From assembly GCA_942493375.1 (NCBI GenBank), contig OW818698.1, positions 3,928,946-3,992,945 of the forward strand: 64,000 nt of DNA. Reading direction: 5' to 3'. Positions within the stretch are counted from its first letter, which is position 1, and every line of letters starts with the position of its first letter. Below, one piece after another: positions 1 to 8,897 of this stretch. Under the pieces are notes generated by a model. It worked only from the letters and a program-made list of their open reading frames with translations. It had not been told where the DNA came from and did not search any database. The position numbers were made by a program, and so were the translations under genes. This stretch comes from Abditibacteriota bacterium. Its GTDB lineage: Bacteria > Armatimonadota > UBA5829.

Positions 1-1
1 C

Positions 2-106
2 TACCACGTCCCGAGTATGTCGGATTTCTACATCAAGGACCTCGCTCCGATTTTTTCGGTTAGCGTTGGACTTGCTATTCGTGATATGATCGGTTGAGCC
101 GGCATC
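2..106 (+). CDS. pilM: Partial C-terminus of a PilM-like type IV pilus assembly ATPase-fold protein (5' end outside window)
   Basis: Frame-2 translation YHVPSMSDFYIKDLAPIFSVSVGLAIRDMIG ends at TGA 104-106 and resembles PilM C-termini ('...GLALR'). It sits directly upstream of pilN-pilO-pilP-pilQ. Confidence 0.4.
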
Positions 107-128
107 GGGCTGTGCACAATCAAAAGGA

Positions 129-1028
129 ATGGGAGTCGGCGGACACGCAATGATTAAGATCAACCTGTTGCCGAAAAGTATAGGGCAGTCTACACTCAGT
201 CAGATAACAGCTGGCATACTTACAGTGTTTCTGTTGTTAGTTGTTGGAGGACTTTTGGGATATTATCACATGGTGATGGTTCCAAGGACCGACGACATGG
301 AGAAGCAGGCAGACGCTGCTGTAGAGTTGAAGACCAGAGTACAAGGAATTCAAGCTGAAGCAGCGGCTCAGACGGATTTGATTGCTCCTATCAAGGACAA
401 AATTAATTTTGTTGACGATGTAGTTAAGTACAACAGAAAATACCCCGAACTTTTCGAGAAAGTAGCTCGATGGACATATGACCAGGTTGTCTACTCGTCA
501 ATGAGTACTTCTGGTGGTACGCTGACAATGAATGCACGGGCACAGAGTCTGGAAGATCTCGGAAGATACCTTCTAAACATGTACCGGGCAACTGATTTGT
601 TTACGTCTGTTTCAATTTCTAATGTCCCGAGTTATCCTGGTAGAAGTTCATTACCCAATAATGGTCGAGGACCAATTGTGCAGACTCCACTTGATTTCAC
701 TGTGACCTGCCAGTTGAAAGAAACATTCAGTCCTCCAAGTCCTCCTTTAGGTTCAGGTGCTAGTGCAGCTGCTCCAACTACCGCTATGGGTCCCATGGGT
801 GCTATGGGTGGCGGAGCCGGTATGCCGGGTATGAGCGGTGGAGCTGGTCCTGGAATGAAGGGTATGTCCGGAGGAGGTATGCCGGGGATGCCTGGTGCCA
901 GCGGTGGTGCAATGCCTGGCATGGGTGGCCCAGGTATGAAGGGAATGCCCGGTGGCGCAGCTGGCGGCCCTCCGATGCCGGGTGCAGCGGGTGGTATGCC
1001 AGGTATGCCTGGCGCAAAAGCCAATTAG
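129..1028 (+). CDS. pilN: PilN-like type IV pilus inner-membrane alignment protein with a Met/Gly/Pro-rich C-terminal tail
   Basis: N-terminal 'IKINLLPK' motif (the PilN INLLP signature) is followed by a single TM helix and a periplasmic domain. The last ~100 aa are GMPG/PGMK/PGAK low-complexity repeats. An alternative start ATG lies at 150. Confidence 0.7.
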   Translation: MGVGGHAMIKINLLPKSIGQSTLSQITAGILTVFLLLVVGGLLGYYHMVMVPRTDDMEKQADAAVELKTRVQGIQAEAAAQTDLIAPIKDKINFVDDVVKYNRKYPELFEKVARWTYDQVVYSSMSTSGGTLTMNARAQSLEDLGRYLLNMYRATDLFTSVSISNVPSYPGRSSLPNNGRGPIVQTPLDFTVTCQLKETFSPPSPPLGSGASAAAPTTAMGPMGAMGGGAGMPGMSGGAGPGMKGMSGGGMPGMPGASGGAMPGMGGPGMKGMPGGAAGGPPMPGAAGGMPGMPGAKAN

Positions 1029-1148
1029 TTTCAATATAGTTTTCTATGTCGTTGCTGTGTGAAGCTGACCAAAGTTGACAGCAGTGACAATATTAGTGAC
1101 ATAGGCTAGGGGATTGCAGGGGATCGCATAGATCCTGGAGACGACTTT

Positions 1149-2036
1149 ATGGACCTATCAAAGATCAAACAACTGCATATTTGGATAATCGGCACGGTTC
1201 TGATCATTATCGCAGAAGTGCTTATTCTATTTATGATGTATAAACCACAGGGACTCAAATACGATGCTGCCAAGGTAAAGTATGACGGTGCCATAGATCT
1301 GGGCAATGAACAGTCATTAGCAGAAGCTAACAAGAGTCTGGATGACGCAAAGAAAAGTGTACAAGTGGCTCTTAATGATCTGGATGGCGTGATGAAACGC
1401 AGAATGCCGGTCTTGGATTTTACTAAGCGCGATGTTGGTATGATAGCCATGTGGTATGAACAGATCACAAAAATGGGTCCTATTTTGGAATCATTTGCAA
1501 ATGACCCAAATGTTAGAGTGAGTCCGGTGAGTTTCAGCCTCCCCGCTCCTCCATCCAGTCCTAATGACCAGTTATTTGATAGTGCTGTCTTGAGCTTCCC
1601 ATTGGGGAACATTACTGCACAAGGTGATTTCAAGAGTCTTATGAACCACGTCAGACGATGGAGCAATTGCAGACGTTTGGTGTTGGTTGATGGGGTATCA
1701 CTGACCGGAAATAGTCCGAATCTATCTGTCTCGTATAGTATCCAGTGTTTTGTTTATCCTACGGCAATCGGTGGTAAGACTGATCCCATGTGGGGAGCCA
1801 GTACTGGTGGCGGTGGTGGTATGCAGGGACCTGGTGGCAGTACGGGCGGATCCGGAGGCGTTATGCCTGGTATGGGTATGGGCATGGGTATGGGGCCTGG
1901 AGCTAAAGGAATGCCTGGTGCGGGTGCAGCTGCACCTGGTATGCCCGGCATGGGAATGGGTATGGGTGCTGGACCTGGCGCAAAGGGTATGCCCGGTATG
2001 ATGGGCGGTCCTGGTGCAAAAGCCGGCGGTATGTAG
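1149..2036 (+). CDS. pilO: PilO-like type IV pilus alignment protein with a GMPG/PGAK repeat tail
   Basis: N-terminal TM helix, a coiled-coil segment, and a PilO-type C-terminal fold ('RRLVLVDGVSLTGNSPNLSVSYSIQCFVYP'). Operon position is after pilN. The C-terminal ~80 aa are Gly/Met/Pro repeats ending in PGAKAGGM. Confidence 0.6.
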   Translation: MDLSKIKQLHIWIIGTVLIIIAEVLILFMMYKPQGLKYDAAKVKYDGAIDLGNEQSLAEANKSLDDAKKSVQVALNDLDGVMKRRMPVLDFTKRDVGMIAMWYEQITKMGPILESFANDPNVRVSPVSFSLPAPPSSPNDQLFDSAVLSFPLGNITAQGDFKSLMNHVRRWSNCRRLVLVDGVSLTGNSPNLSVSYSIQCFVYPTAIGGKTDPMWGASTGGGGGMQGPGGSTGGSGGVMPGMGMGMGMGPGAKGMPGAGAAAPGMPGMGMGMGAGPGAKGMPGMMGGPGAKAGGM

Positions 2037-2121
2037 TCTATAATCGCTGGGCTTGAGCCTTGAGCGATGCCGTTATTCATACGGTGAATAGTGATATACG
2101 ATCTTAAGGGAGTCTTGCCTG

Positions 2122-3192
2122 ATGGATTGGCTTAAAGATAAAAAAAATCAACCGATAGTCATTGGAGGCGCAGTCGCATTACTAGTTATTGCGATTGTAG
2201 TAATTGTGTTATCAATGCGCAGTAGTACTCCTTCGACACCTAATATGCCGGGTATGCAGGGTATGCCAGGTATGAGTGGTGGAACCGGTGGCCCTATGAT
2301 GCCTGGCGCAGGCGGTACGGCTAGTGGACCTCCTATGCCTGGTATGGGTACTGGTGGTGCAATGGGTGGTCCTGGTGCAAAGTCAGGAATGCCCGGAATG
2401 CCGGGAATGGGTTCAGGGGCCGCTATGCCCGGTATGCCTGGAATGCCAGGCATGGGATCTGGAGCTGGTATGCCCGGAATGCCCGCAATGGGTGGCGGTA
2501 CTGCCATGCCTGGTATGACTTCTGAAGCACCCGCAGCGGGTCCTGGTGCTATTCCTGCTGTTGCTGCTGTGCAGCCAGTAGAAAAATATCGTCCTGATCC
2601 ATTTGCACCTTTAGGCGTAAAAATATCTAAGCGCACGGCTTCCAGTCGTACACCTGTTCTTAAGCCGATAATATCTGATTTCCCCATTAAACGCATATTT
2701 ACATACACGACTGAAAAAGGTAGTGAAGCGCAGCTGCCGCCGGAACCAGTGCAACCAACCAGAAGAATGGCTGGGATATTACTGAATAGCCGGATATTTG
2801 CAATACTTGAAACCAATGGAAAATATGAAATAGTTCAGCCTGGAGACACACTTGCAGATAGACTTGCAATTGTTGAACGGGTTGAGCGTGACAGGGTTAT
2901 TCTTAAAACTACTGGCAAGCGGCCAAGATTCATTACTGTTCGCATGGCCGCTGGAAACCGAAATACCGGGGGAACTGGTATGCCGGGAAACACTAGAGGT
3001 ACAGGGACAGTTCCTGGGATGATGCCTGGCGGTGGTATGGGTCCTGGTGGTGGCATGGGACCGGGTGGAGCTATGGGACCAATGATGGGACCTGGTGGTG
3101 GTATGGGTCCCGGTGGAATGATGCCTGGCGGCGGAGGCGGAGGCGGTGGCGGAATGATGATGCCCCCTGGCGCACCAGGATTTGCAATGTAA
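2122..3192 (+). CDS. pilP: PilP-like protein (TM-anchored rather than lipoprotein) with two Met/Gly/Pro-rich low-complexity regions
   Basis: N-terminal TM helix. The central 'RPDPFAPL' motif and the beta-domain 'RMAGILLNSRIFAILETNGKYEIVQPGDTLADRLAIVERVERDRVILK' match the PilP DPF motif plus PilQ-N0-binding domain. It is flanked by GMPGMPG and GGMGPGG repeats. Confidence 0.55.
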   Translation: MDWLKDKKNQPIVIGGAVALLVIAIVVIVLSMRSSTPSTPNMPGMQGMPGMSGGTGGPMMPGAGGTASGPPMPGMGTGGAMGGPGAKSGMPGMPGMGSGAAMPGMPGMPGMGSGAGMPGMPAMGGGTAMPGMTSEAPAAGPGAIPAVAAVQPVEKYRPDPFAPLGVKISKRTASSRTPVLKPIISDFPIKRIFTYTTEKGSEAQLPPEPVQPTRRMAGILLNSRIFAILETNGKYEIVQPGDTLADRLAIVERVERDRVILKTTGKRPRFITVRMAAGNRNTGGTGMPGNTRGTGTVPGMMPGGGMGPGGGMGPGGAMGPMMGPGGGMGPGGMMPGGGGGGGGGMMMPPGAPGFAM

Positions 3193-3286
3193 TCTGTAAA
3201 CATTAATCCTTACTATTACGTCATATAATCGGATATACTATATATAGGTGTTCTGTAAATACGCGCTTTGCGCGGGAGGTTCCGAA

Positions 3287-3994
3287 ATGTTTAGAAAGAG
3301 TGGAAATATTGGATTATTGATTCTTGCCATACTTATGTCTGTGTGGACACTCAGTATGGCTACAGTCTGCTTTGCAGCAGATACTGTAACGTTGGAATTA
3401 AAGGATGTAGACGTAACTACGGCTATAGAATCTTTGTTCAAGGGAAGTGGTAAAAACTACATCATTGAACCAGGCGTATATGGTCGCATACCTACCCTAT
3501 CCATCAAGGATGTTGAGTTTGATCAAGCTTTGAAATTGATCACCCGGACTGCTGGCTTAACGTATAGAATAGATGCCGGCACCTATATGATTGGACTCAA
3601 ACCTGTATCGTCAGGTCAGACTGGTATAGGTGGTATGGGACCAGGCGGAATGGGAAGCGTAGCTATGAATCCACTTGGGCCAGGTGGTGTTGCTGGTGCT
3701 GCGGCAACAACAGCAGTTAAGCCTGCTGTATTGGACAAATTTACATTGACTTACGCCGGTCCATATGACATTCTGGATTTCATCGGTGGAAGCAGCAACA
3801 ACAATAATAATAATAACAACAACAATAATAACAATAATAGTAACAACAGTAGTTACAACAACAACAACAGTAACAACAACAATAATAGCAACAGTAACAG
3901 TGGCAGTTCACGTCGTAGTAATAGCAGCAGCAGCTCCCGCAGCAGCGGAAGTTCAAGACGTAGCAGCAATAGCAACAGTAATAGTAGCTGGTAG
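3287..3994 (+). CDS. Secreted STN/secretin-N0-like domain protein with a long poly-Asn/Ser/Arg tail (accessory secretin-associated protein)
   Basis: RBS GGGAGG sits 8 nt upstream. There is a signal peptide (MFRKSGNIGLLILAILMSVWTLSMATVCFA|AD). The domain 'DTVTLELKDVDVTTAIESLFKGSGKNYIIEPGVYGRIPTLSIKDVEFDQALKLITRTAGLTYRIDAGTYMIG' is paralogous to the N-terminal STN domain of the downstream PilQ. The C-terminal ~65 aa are almost pure N/S/R, encoded by an (AAC/AAT/AGC)n tract. The ORF track starts at 3248; the ATG at 3287 fits the RBS better. Confidence 0.55.
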   Translation: MFRKSGNIGLLILAILMSVWTLSMATVCFAADTVTLELKDVDVTTAIESLFKGSGKNYIIEPGVYGRIPTLSIKDVEFDQALKLITRTAGLTYRIDAGTYMIGLKPVSSGQTGIGGMGPGGMGSVAMNPLGPGGVAGAAATTAVKPAVLDKFTLTYAGPYDILDFIGGSSNNNNNNNNNNNNNNSNNSSYNNNNSNNNNNSNSNSGSSRRSNSSSSSRSSGSSRRSSNSNSNSSW

Positions 3995-4086
3995 ATCTAG
4001 TATGGGTTGCATAGCAGCCCTACATTATAGTGGCCCTGGGCCGTGGATTCAGGTCGCTGAGTCATTTGGATTCGGAGGAGAAAGGT

Positions 4087-5748
4087 ATGTCTATTCTTTC
4101 TGCTAGGTGGCGCTTTCTTTGCGCAGCAGTCGTTCTTGTAATCAGTGTTTGCTCATTTGCACAAGCATCTAACGAGATCGTTCTGCAGGTCAAAGACGTG
4201 CCTCTGCGCGATGTTATCAATCTTATGACCGCGCAGAGCGGATGCAATATAGTTGTTTCTGATGATATCAAGCTGGATAAGCGGATCTCAGTCAATCTGA
4301 GTGATGTTCCGCTGGAAAAAGCTTTGGATATTATAGTAACAGCTGCCGGGATTGGATATAAGAAGGGGGAAGATGGCATTTATGTCGTCGGTGGTCCTCG
4401 TGTACAGTCCCCACTGTTAAAAGCTTCAGATATTACAGGTAGTACTCCGGCAGTAGCTGCTAGAGTGGAAGAAATACCTGCTCCTTCGGTACAAGTTGCA
4501 GAAGCTCCTTACAAGGAATCAATATATACCAAAGTTACTTTGTCTTATGCAAAACCGAGTGAAGTTTTGGCACTATTGGGACCTGATGCAGGAGCTATGC
4601 GAAGTGTTCGTCATGAGATGAGGAGCAAATATCGCAATTTCAAGATGCACCGCCTTAATAGAAGCCAGCCTGATATTCCAAATGATTCAGGTGTAAACGC
4701 AGATAATACTGCAAGCAGAACTGCTTCCGGAACTGATGGAGCCGCGCAGATCGGTGGCGGGTACGGTGGCGGCAACAGCGGTTCACGCGGCAGTAGTAGA
4801 AACACTGGCGGCAGTAGCAATTCTAACTACAATACCTCACAGAATACCGGGAATAATAGTCAATATGGAGGTTCCGGTGCTGCTGGTGGTAGTGGCAGTA
4901 TGTTTGTTCCTGATGGTATCGAGGACGTAAGAGCTTTTGATATAGACAACTCACTTTTGATTAAGGGTGATGAAGACGCTATTCAGAAGTTTAAAGAGAT
5001 TCTACGACTTCTTGATGTAGCTCCAGCTCAGGTGGAAATCAAGGCAGAGTTTATTCAGGTTTCTACTAGTGAAGCTAAGAAAATGGGAATTGATTGGAGT
5101 CTTCAGAGACTTAATGAATCTTTCCAGACTCAGTTTACTCCTACAGGAAACGTCACCTATGGACTTGCAGTTGGCAATCTAACAGCACAGTTAAAGGCTG
5201 AGTTAACCAATAGCGTAGGTAGACTGATTAACTCTCCAATCATTTCTACAACTAATAATATGGATGCATATATTAGTATTGGTAAAGAGATACCCTACTG
5301 GACTAGCGCTTCTACTACAACCAATGGCGTCACTAGTCAGACATACACAGTAGATTTTATTACTATAGACACTTCACTTGAAGTTACACCTAGAGTTAAT
5401 GGTGATGGATCCATAACAATGTATCTCATACCCAGCGTTAATGGGCAAGGGACTGATTATAAAGGACCTGATGGTACTTTGATTCCTGAGCAGAATACTC
5501 AAGAATTGGAAACTGAACGACGAGTTCAGAATGGTGAGACTATTGTAGTCGGTGGTCTGATTACAAAAAAGGAAAATAGTGGATATCAAAGAGTTCCTCT
5601 ACTTGCTGATCTTCCATTTATAGGATCACTATTCAGAACAGAAGATAGCAGCAATCAGGAAACTGAATTGTTGATTTTCATCACCCCTACAATTATTAGA
5701 GACAAGGCGGGATTCAGTGCCGGAACTACCGGTGCCGCTACACCGTAA
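4087..5748 (+). CDS. pilQ: Type IV pilus secretin PilQ (STN/N0 domain + Gly/Ser/Asn-rich linker + secretin C-domain)
   Basis: RBS GGAGGAG, then a signal peptide MSILSARWRFLCAAVVLVISVCSFAQA. STN domain 'VLQVKDVPLRDVINLMT...'. The C-terminal secretin core has 'VVGGLITKKENSGYQRVPLLADLPFIGSLFRTEDSSNQETELLIFITPTII'. The ORF track begins at 4030; the ATG at 4087 is preferred. Confidence 0.85.
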   Translation: MSILSARWRFLCAAVVLVISVCSFAQASNEIVLQVKDVPLRDVINLMTAQSGCNIVVSDDIKLDKRISVNLSDVPLEKALDIIVTAAGIGYKKGEDGIYVVGGPRVQSPLLKASDITGSTPAVAARVEEIPAPSVQVAEAPYKESIYTKVTLSYAKPSEVLALLGPDAGAMRSVRHEMRSKYRNFKMHRLNRSQPDIPNDSGVNADNTASRTASGTDGAAQIGGGYGGGNSGSRGSSRNTGGSSNSNYNTSQNTGNNSQYGGSGAAGGSGSMFVPDGIEDVRAFDIDNSLLIKGDEDAIQKFKEILRLLDVAPAQVEIKAEFIQVSTSEAKKMGIDWSLQRLNESFQTQFTPTGNVTYGLAVGNLTAQLKAELTNSVGRLINSPIISTTNNMDAYISIGKEIPYWTSASTTTNGVTSQTYTVDFITIDTSLEVTPRVNGDGSITMYLIPSVNGQGTDYKGPDGTLIPEQNTQELETERRVQNGETIVVGGLITKKENSGYQRVPLLADLPFIGSLFRTEDSSNQETELLIFITPTIIRDKAGFSAGTTGAATP

Positions 5749-5825
5749 TGTAAATGTGTTAGTTGCTCGGTGGAGGGGATTGCTAGCGCAGTCCCTTTCG
5801 CTATGTACGTAGTATGAAGTAATGG

Positions 5826-6950
5826 ATGAGTGATATTATGGAAACTGTTTCAGTCAGACTTGAAGGACACGGATATGACGTCCACATTGGTACAAACATA
5901 CTTAACGAGTTACCATCAATAATAAATTCTAATCGTCAGCCAAGTAAGATTGCCGTTATTACTAATAGGGTGTTAGCACAGAAATATGGCGAACCGGTAA
6001 CGGACATCCTGAATGCTGCAGGAATTGATTCAAAATGCATCGTTATGCGTGCGGGAGAAACAAATAAGAATCTCGCTACAGTATGTCGCATGTATGAGAA
6101 TTTTGCGGAGATGGGATTAGACAGAAGATCGGCTGTAGTTGCTGTTGGTGGTGGCGTAGTGTGTGATGTTGCAGGTTTCGTAGCTGCAACTTACCTCCGT
6201 GGTTTGGATCTTTACCAGGTACCTACGAGCCTTCTTGCTCAAGTAGATGCTTCAATTGGTGGAAAGAATGGAGTAGATCTGCCTCAAGGAAAGAACCTTG
6301 TTGGATCATTCTATCAGCCAAAAGCTGTGCTAGTTGATATCGGGGTGTTACGGAGTCTGCCTGTAAGAGAAATGCGATGTGGTTTGGCCGAGGTAGTCAA
6401 GCACGGAATTATTCGTGATGAAGCGTATTTCAAATATGTGCGTTCAAGAGGCTCTATGCTAACCGGTCGTAATGACGAAGAAATGAGTAAGGTAGTAAGG
6501 CGTTCCATAGAAATAAAAGCAGAGATTGTTGAGTTAGATGAACGCGAAAATGGTTTACGTGCAATACTTAACTTTGGTCATACCATCGGACATGCACTTG
6601 AGGTTGTGACTGATTATAAGGCCCTAAGGCATGGCGAAGCCGTAGCGATTGGTATGATCACGGAATGTATGATCGCAGAAAAATTGGGGATTTGCAATGC
6701 AGGAGTTAGCGGTGAGTTGGTCAACACACTTGTTGGTCTGAGACTACCCGTACAAATGGATTCAACTCTGTCTCCGGAAGCTATCGTTGAAGCTATGGAA
6801 TTTGATAAGAAAACTATCGCCGGAAAACTGTGTATGGCTCTTCCTGTTTCAATTGGCAGTGCGAAGATAATTGATTCCGTTTCACGTGAGGTTGTATTAG
6901 AAGCAATCAAGTCACATCAGCAAATGGATATACATTCAGCCTGGATGTAG
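5826..6950 (+). CDS. aroB: 3-dehydroquinate synthase
   Basis: Glycine-rich NAD-binding motif GGGVVCDVAGFVAATYLRG and the metal-binding motif 'NFGHTIGHALEVVTDYKALRHGEAVAIGM' are conserved AroB signatures. It follows pilQ, as in classic pilMNOPQ-aroKB synteny. Confidence 0.9.
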   Translation: MSDIMETVSVRLEGHGYDVHIGTNILNELPSIINSNRQPSKIAVITNRVLAQKYGEPVTDILNAAGIDSKCIVMRAGETNKNLATVCRMYENFAEMGLDRRSAVVAVGGGVVCDVAGFVAATYLRGLDLYQVPTSLLAQVDASIGGKNGVDLPQGKNLVGSFYQPKAVLVDIGVLRSLPVREMRCGLAEVVKHGIIRDEAYFKYVRSRGSMLTGRNDEEMSKVVRRSIEIKAEIVELDERENGLRAILNFGHTIGHALEVVTDYKALRHGEAVAIGMITECMIAEKLGICNAGVSGELVNTLVGLRLPVQMDSTLSPEAIVEAMEFDKKTIAGKLCMALPVSIGSAKIIDSVSREVVLEAIKSHQQMDIHSAWM

Positions 6951-7213
6951 TTTTATTTGTATCTTTATCTGCATGTTATGTTTTGTATGTGGGAATAAGT
7001 TGCTATATAGTGGTATTTGTACAGCTCTTATTGTTCTGAAACACAGCAAGAGGACTGAACTGCACACAATGTAAGTTGTGTATATTATTATTATGATTCG
7101 CATTAAACATACAGACATATTGCGAATTTATAGAGAGGCAATCTTGATTATGATTGCTAGTGGCGGGCTAGTGTAGTACGTTCGTTCGGTGCACTAAGTC
7201 AGGAGAACACGGC

Positions 7214-8893
7214 TTGATCGGTGAAGTTATTGATTATAGATATGAAGTACTAGAGAAGATAGGCGATGGCGCTTTATTCACTGTATATAAATGCAAAGAT
7301 AAAGTTTTAAATCGTCTAGTTGCCTTAAAAGTGCTCAATGATGAATACGCTGCTCGAACAGATTTTGCCGGCAAACTTGCAGAGAATTGTAAACGGACCG
7401 CAAAGTTAACCAACCCGGGTATAGCACGCGTTCTGGAGTGTGAATCAAATAGCAGTTCAACTACAGTAGCATGTGAGTATGTACGTGGTGTCAGCGTGCG
7501 TGAGAGAATGCGGCGAGAAAATGTATTCTCTGTTTCCGGATCAATTGAGATAATGCTCAGAGTCCTTGATTCACTCGAATACGCCCATTCAGTCGGGGTT
7601 GTGCATGGGGATCTACGTCCTCAAGACATCATTGTCAGTCCAGATGGTGAAGTTAAAATCACTGATTTTGGTATCGCTGAATCTCTTCGTGCATTTCCCG
7701 ATATAGCAGACCGTCTGTCAATGCGTTCAATTCAATATCAGGCACCTGAAGTAACCGAAGGTGCAGTGTTTAGCCCTGCAAGCGATATTTACTCATTTGG
7801 CGCCGTTTTCTATGAGATGCTGACGGGTCGTTCTCCTTTTGACGGATCAACAACATTGGCTGTCGCATTAAAAAAAGTGAAGGAACCACCCACGCCTGTC
7901 AGACAATTAAATGCAGAAGTTCCGAAATCTCTTAACGATCTGGTTATAAGATGTCTGCAGACAGATCCACGTCAAAGATACAATAATATCGCTGCTGTTC
8001 GTTCCGAACTGACTGCCATACGCGATGGATTATTCCGCGTTGGTAAAGGAAAGATTTCAGGACAAGATAAGCAGTTGGAATCCCCTTACTCCGATACACA
8101 ACAACCAGGCGTTTCCAGATGGAAGGAAGTTGCACTGTTATCACTACTCTTCGTTGGAGTAGTATTGGTAATGATGTTTACAGTTTTCTATTTTCTTGGC
8201 AATACCAAGAAAATAGCGGCACCTCGGTTGGTTGGTCTCACCTGGGAAAAAGCATCTGAAGAAGCGAAAAAATCCGGCTTGGTGTTAGTGGAGGATGGCC
8301 GTGGACATTCAGACATATATGATGTAGGTGTAATTTGTGAGCAAATGCCTGCTCCAGGTGAATATATTACTTCAAGAAAACCGGAAGTCAGAGTAAAAAT
8401 CAGTGAAGGTGCATCATGGTCAACGGTACCTGATCTAACTAATCTTGGGGAAGCAGATGCAAGAGCGGCTGCCATAAAGAACTCATTTAATATAGGTAAG
8501 ATCACGGAGGATTTCAATTCTACTGTACCTCCGAACAGTGTTATCAGGCAGGATCCGGAATCTGGTGTACAACGTAGTCCTAATTCAAATATTGATATCG
8601 TTCTGAGCAAGGGGCCTAAACCACCTGTTGCAACACCGGCACAAACAACTGGACCTACAACAGAAAGTGGAGCAGGAAAAGAACAGACATTTAGTGTTGA
8701 GGTTGAAGTGCCGGAGAGTGGTGAGTCACCTAAGAATGTCAAGATTGTAGTAAAGGATGATACTGGTGAGAATACAGTAGTCGATGATATGCAGCCATCA
8801 GGTACATACAATTATGACGTAACTACCTATGGTGAGAAGCCTACTATTCAAGTGTTTGTAGATAGCGAATTGAAGAAGAGTGTAAGGTACTAG
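7214..8893 (+). CDS. Membrane Ser/Thr protein kinase with extracellular PASTA-like repeats (PknB/PrkC-like, atypical catalytic loop)
   Basis: Kinase motifs VALKVL (VAIK), DFG and APE are present. The catalytic loop reads 'HGDLRPQD' rather than HRDLKPEN, and the G-loop reads 'GDGALFTV'. There is a single TM (LLSLLFVGVVLVMMFTVFYFL), then two PASTA-like modules ('PRLVGLTWEKASEEAKKSGL...', 'VPDLTNLGEADARAAAIKNSF...'). Start is TTG at 7214. Confidence 0.75.
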   Translation: MIGEVIDYRYEVLEKIGDGALFTVYKCKDKVLNRLVALKVLNDEYAARTDFAGKLAENCKRTAKLTNPGIARVLECESNSSSTTVACEYVRGVSVRERMRRENVFSVSGSIEIMLRVLDSLEYAHSVGVVHGDLRPQDIIVSPDGEVKITDFGIAESLRAFPDIADRLSMRSIQYQAPEVTEGAVFSPASDIYSFGAVFYEMLTGRSPFDGSTTLAVALKKVKEPPTPVRQLNAEVPKSLNDLVIRCLQTDPRQRYNNIAAVRSELTAIRDGLFRVGKGKISGQDKQLESPYSDTQQPGVSRWKEVALLSLLFVGVVLVMMFTVFYFLGNTKKIAAPRLVGLTWEKASEEAKKSGLVLVEDGRGHSDIYDVGVICEQMPAPGEYITSRKPEVRVKISEGASWSTVPDLTNLGEADARAAAIKNSFNIGKITEDFNSTVPPNSVIRQDPESGVQRSPNSNIDIVLSKGPKPPVATPAQTTGPTTESGAGKEQTFSVEVEVPESGESPKNVKIVVKDDTGENTVVDDMQPSGTYNYDVTTYGEKPTIQVFVDSELKKSVRY

Positions 8894-8897
8894 ACAG

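Noticed and set aside
632-3203. Minus-strand ORFs 632..1024, 753..1034, 802..1017, 1754..2080, 2148..2816 and 2835..3203, encoding Pro/Gly/Ile-rich peptides
   Set aside because: They are the reverse complements of the GMPG/PGAK repeat tracts of pilN, pilO and pilP. Low-complexity repeats stay open in several frames. They have no independent RBS and there is no reason to call them genes.
3765-4106. ORF 3765..4106 (+) encoding a poly-Thr/Ile/Val peptide
   Set aside because: It is an alternative-frame reading of the (AAC/AAT)n triplet tract of the STN-domain gene, and it runs into the pilQ RBS. It is an artefact of the repeat.
3287-5748. Possibility that 3287..3994 plus 4087..5748 is one pilQ gene split by a frameshift
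   Set aside because: Both ORFs have their own GGAGG-type RBS and their own cleavable signal peptide, and the STN domains are clearly diverged paralogues. This fits two genes better than a sequencing frameshift. It cannot be fully excluded without read data.
8188-8811. Minus-strand ORF 8188..8811 (207 aa) inside the kinase gene
   Set aside because: It lies fully within the well-supported kinase CDS and has no recognisable domain or RBS.
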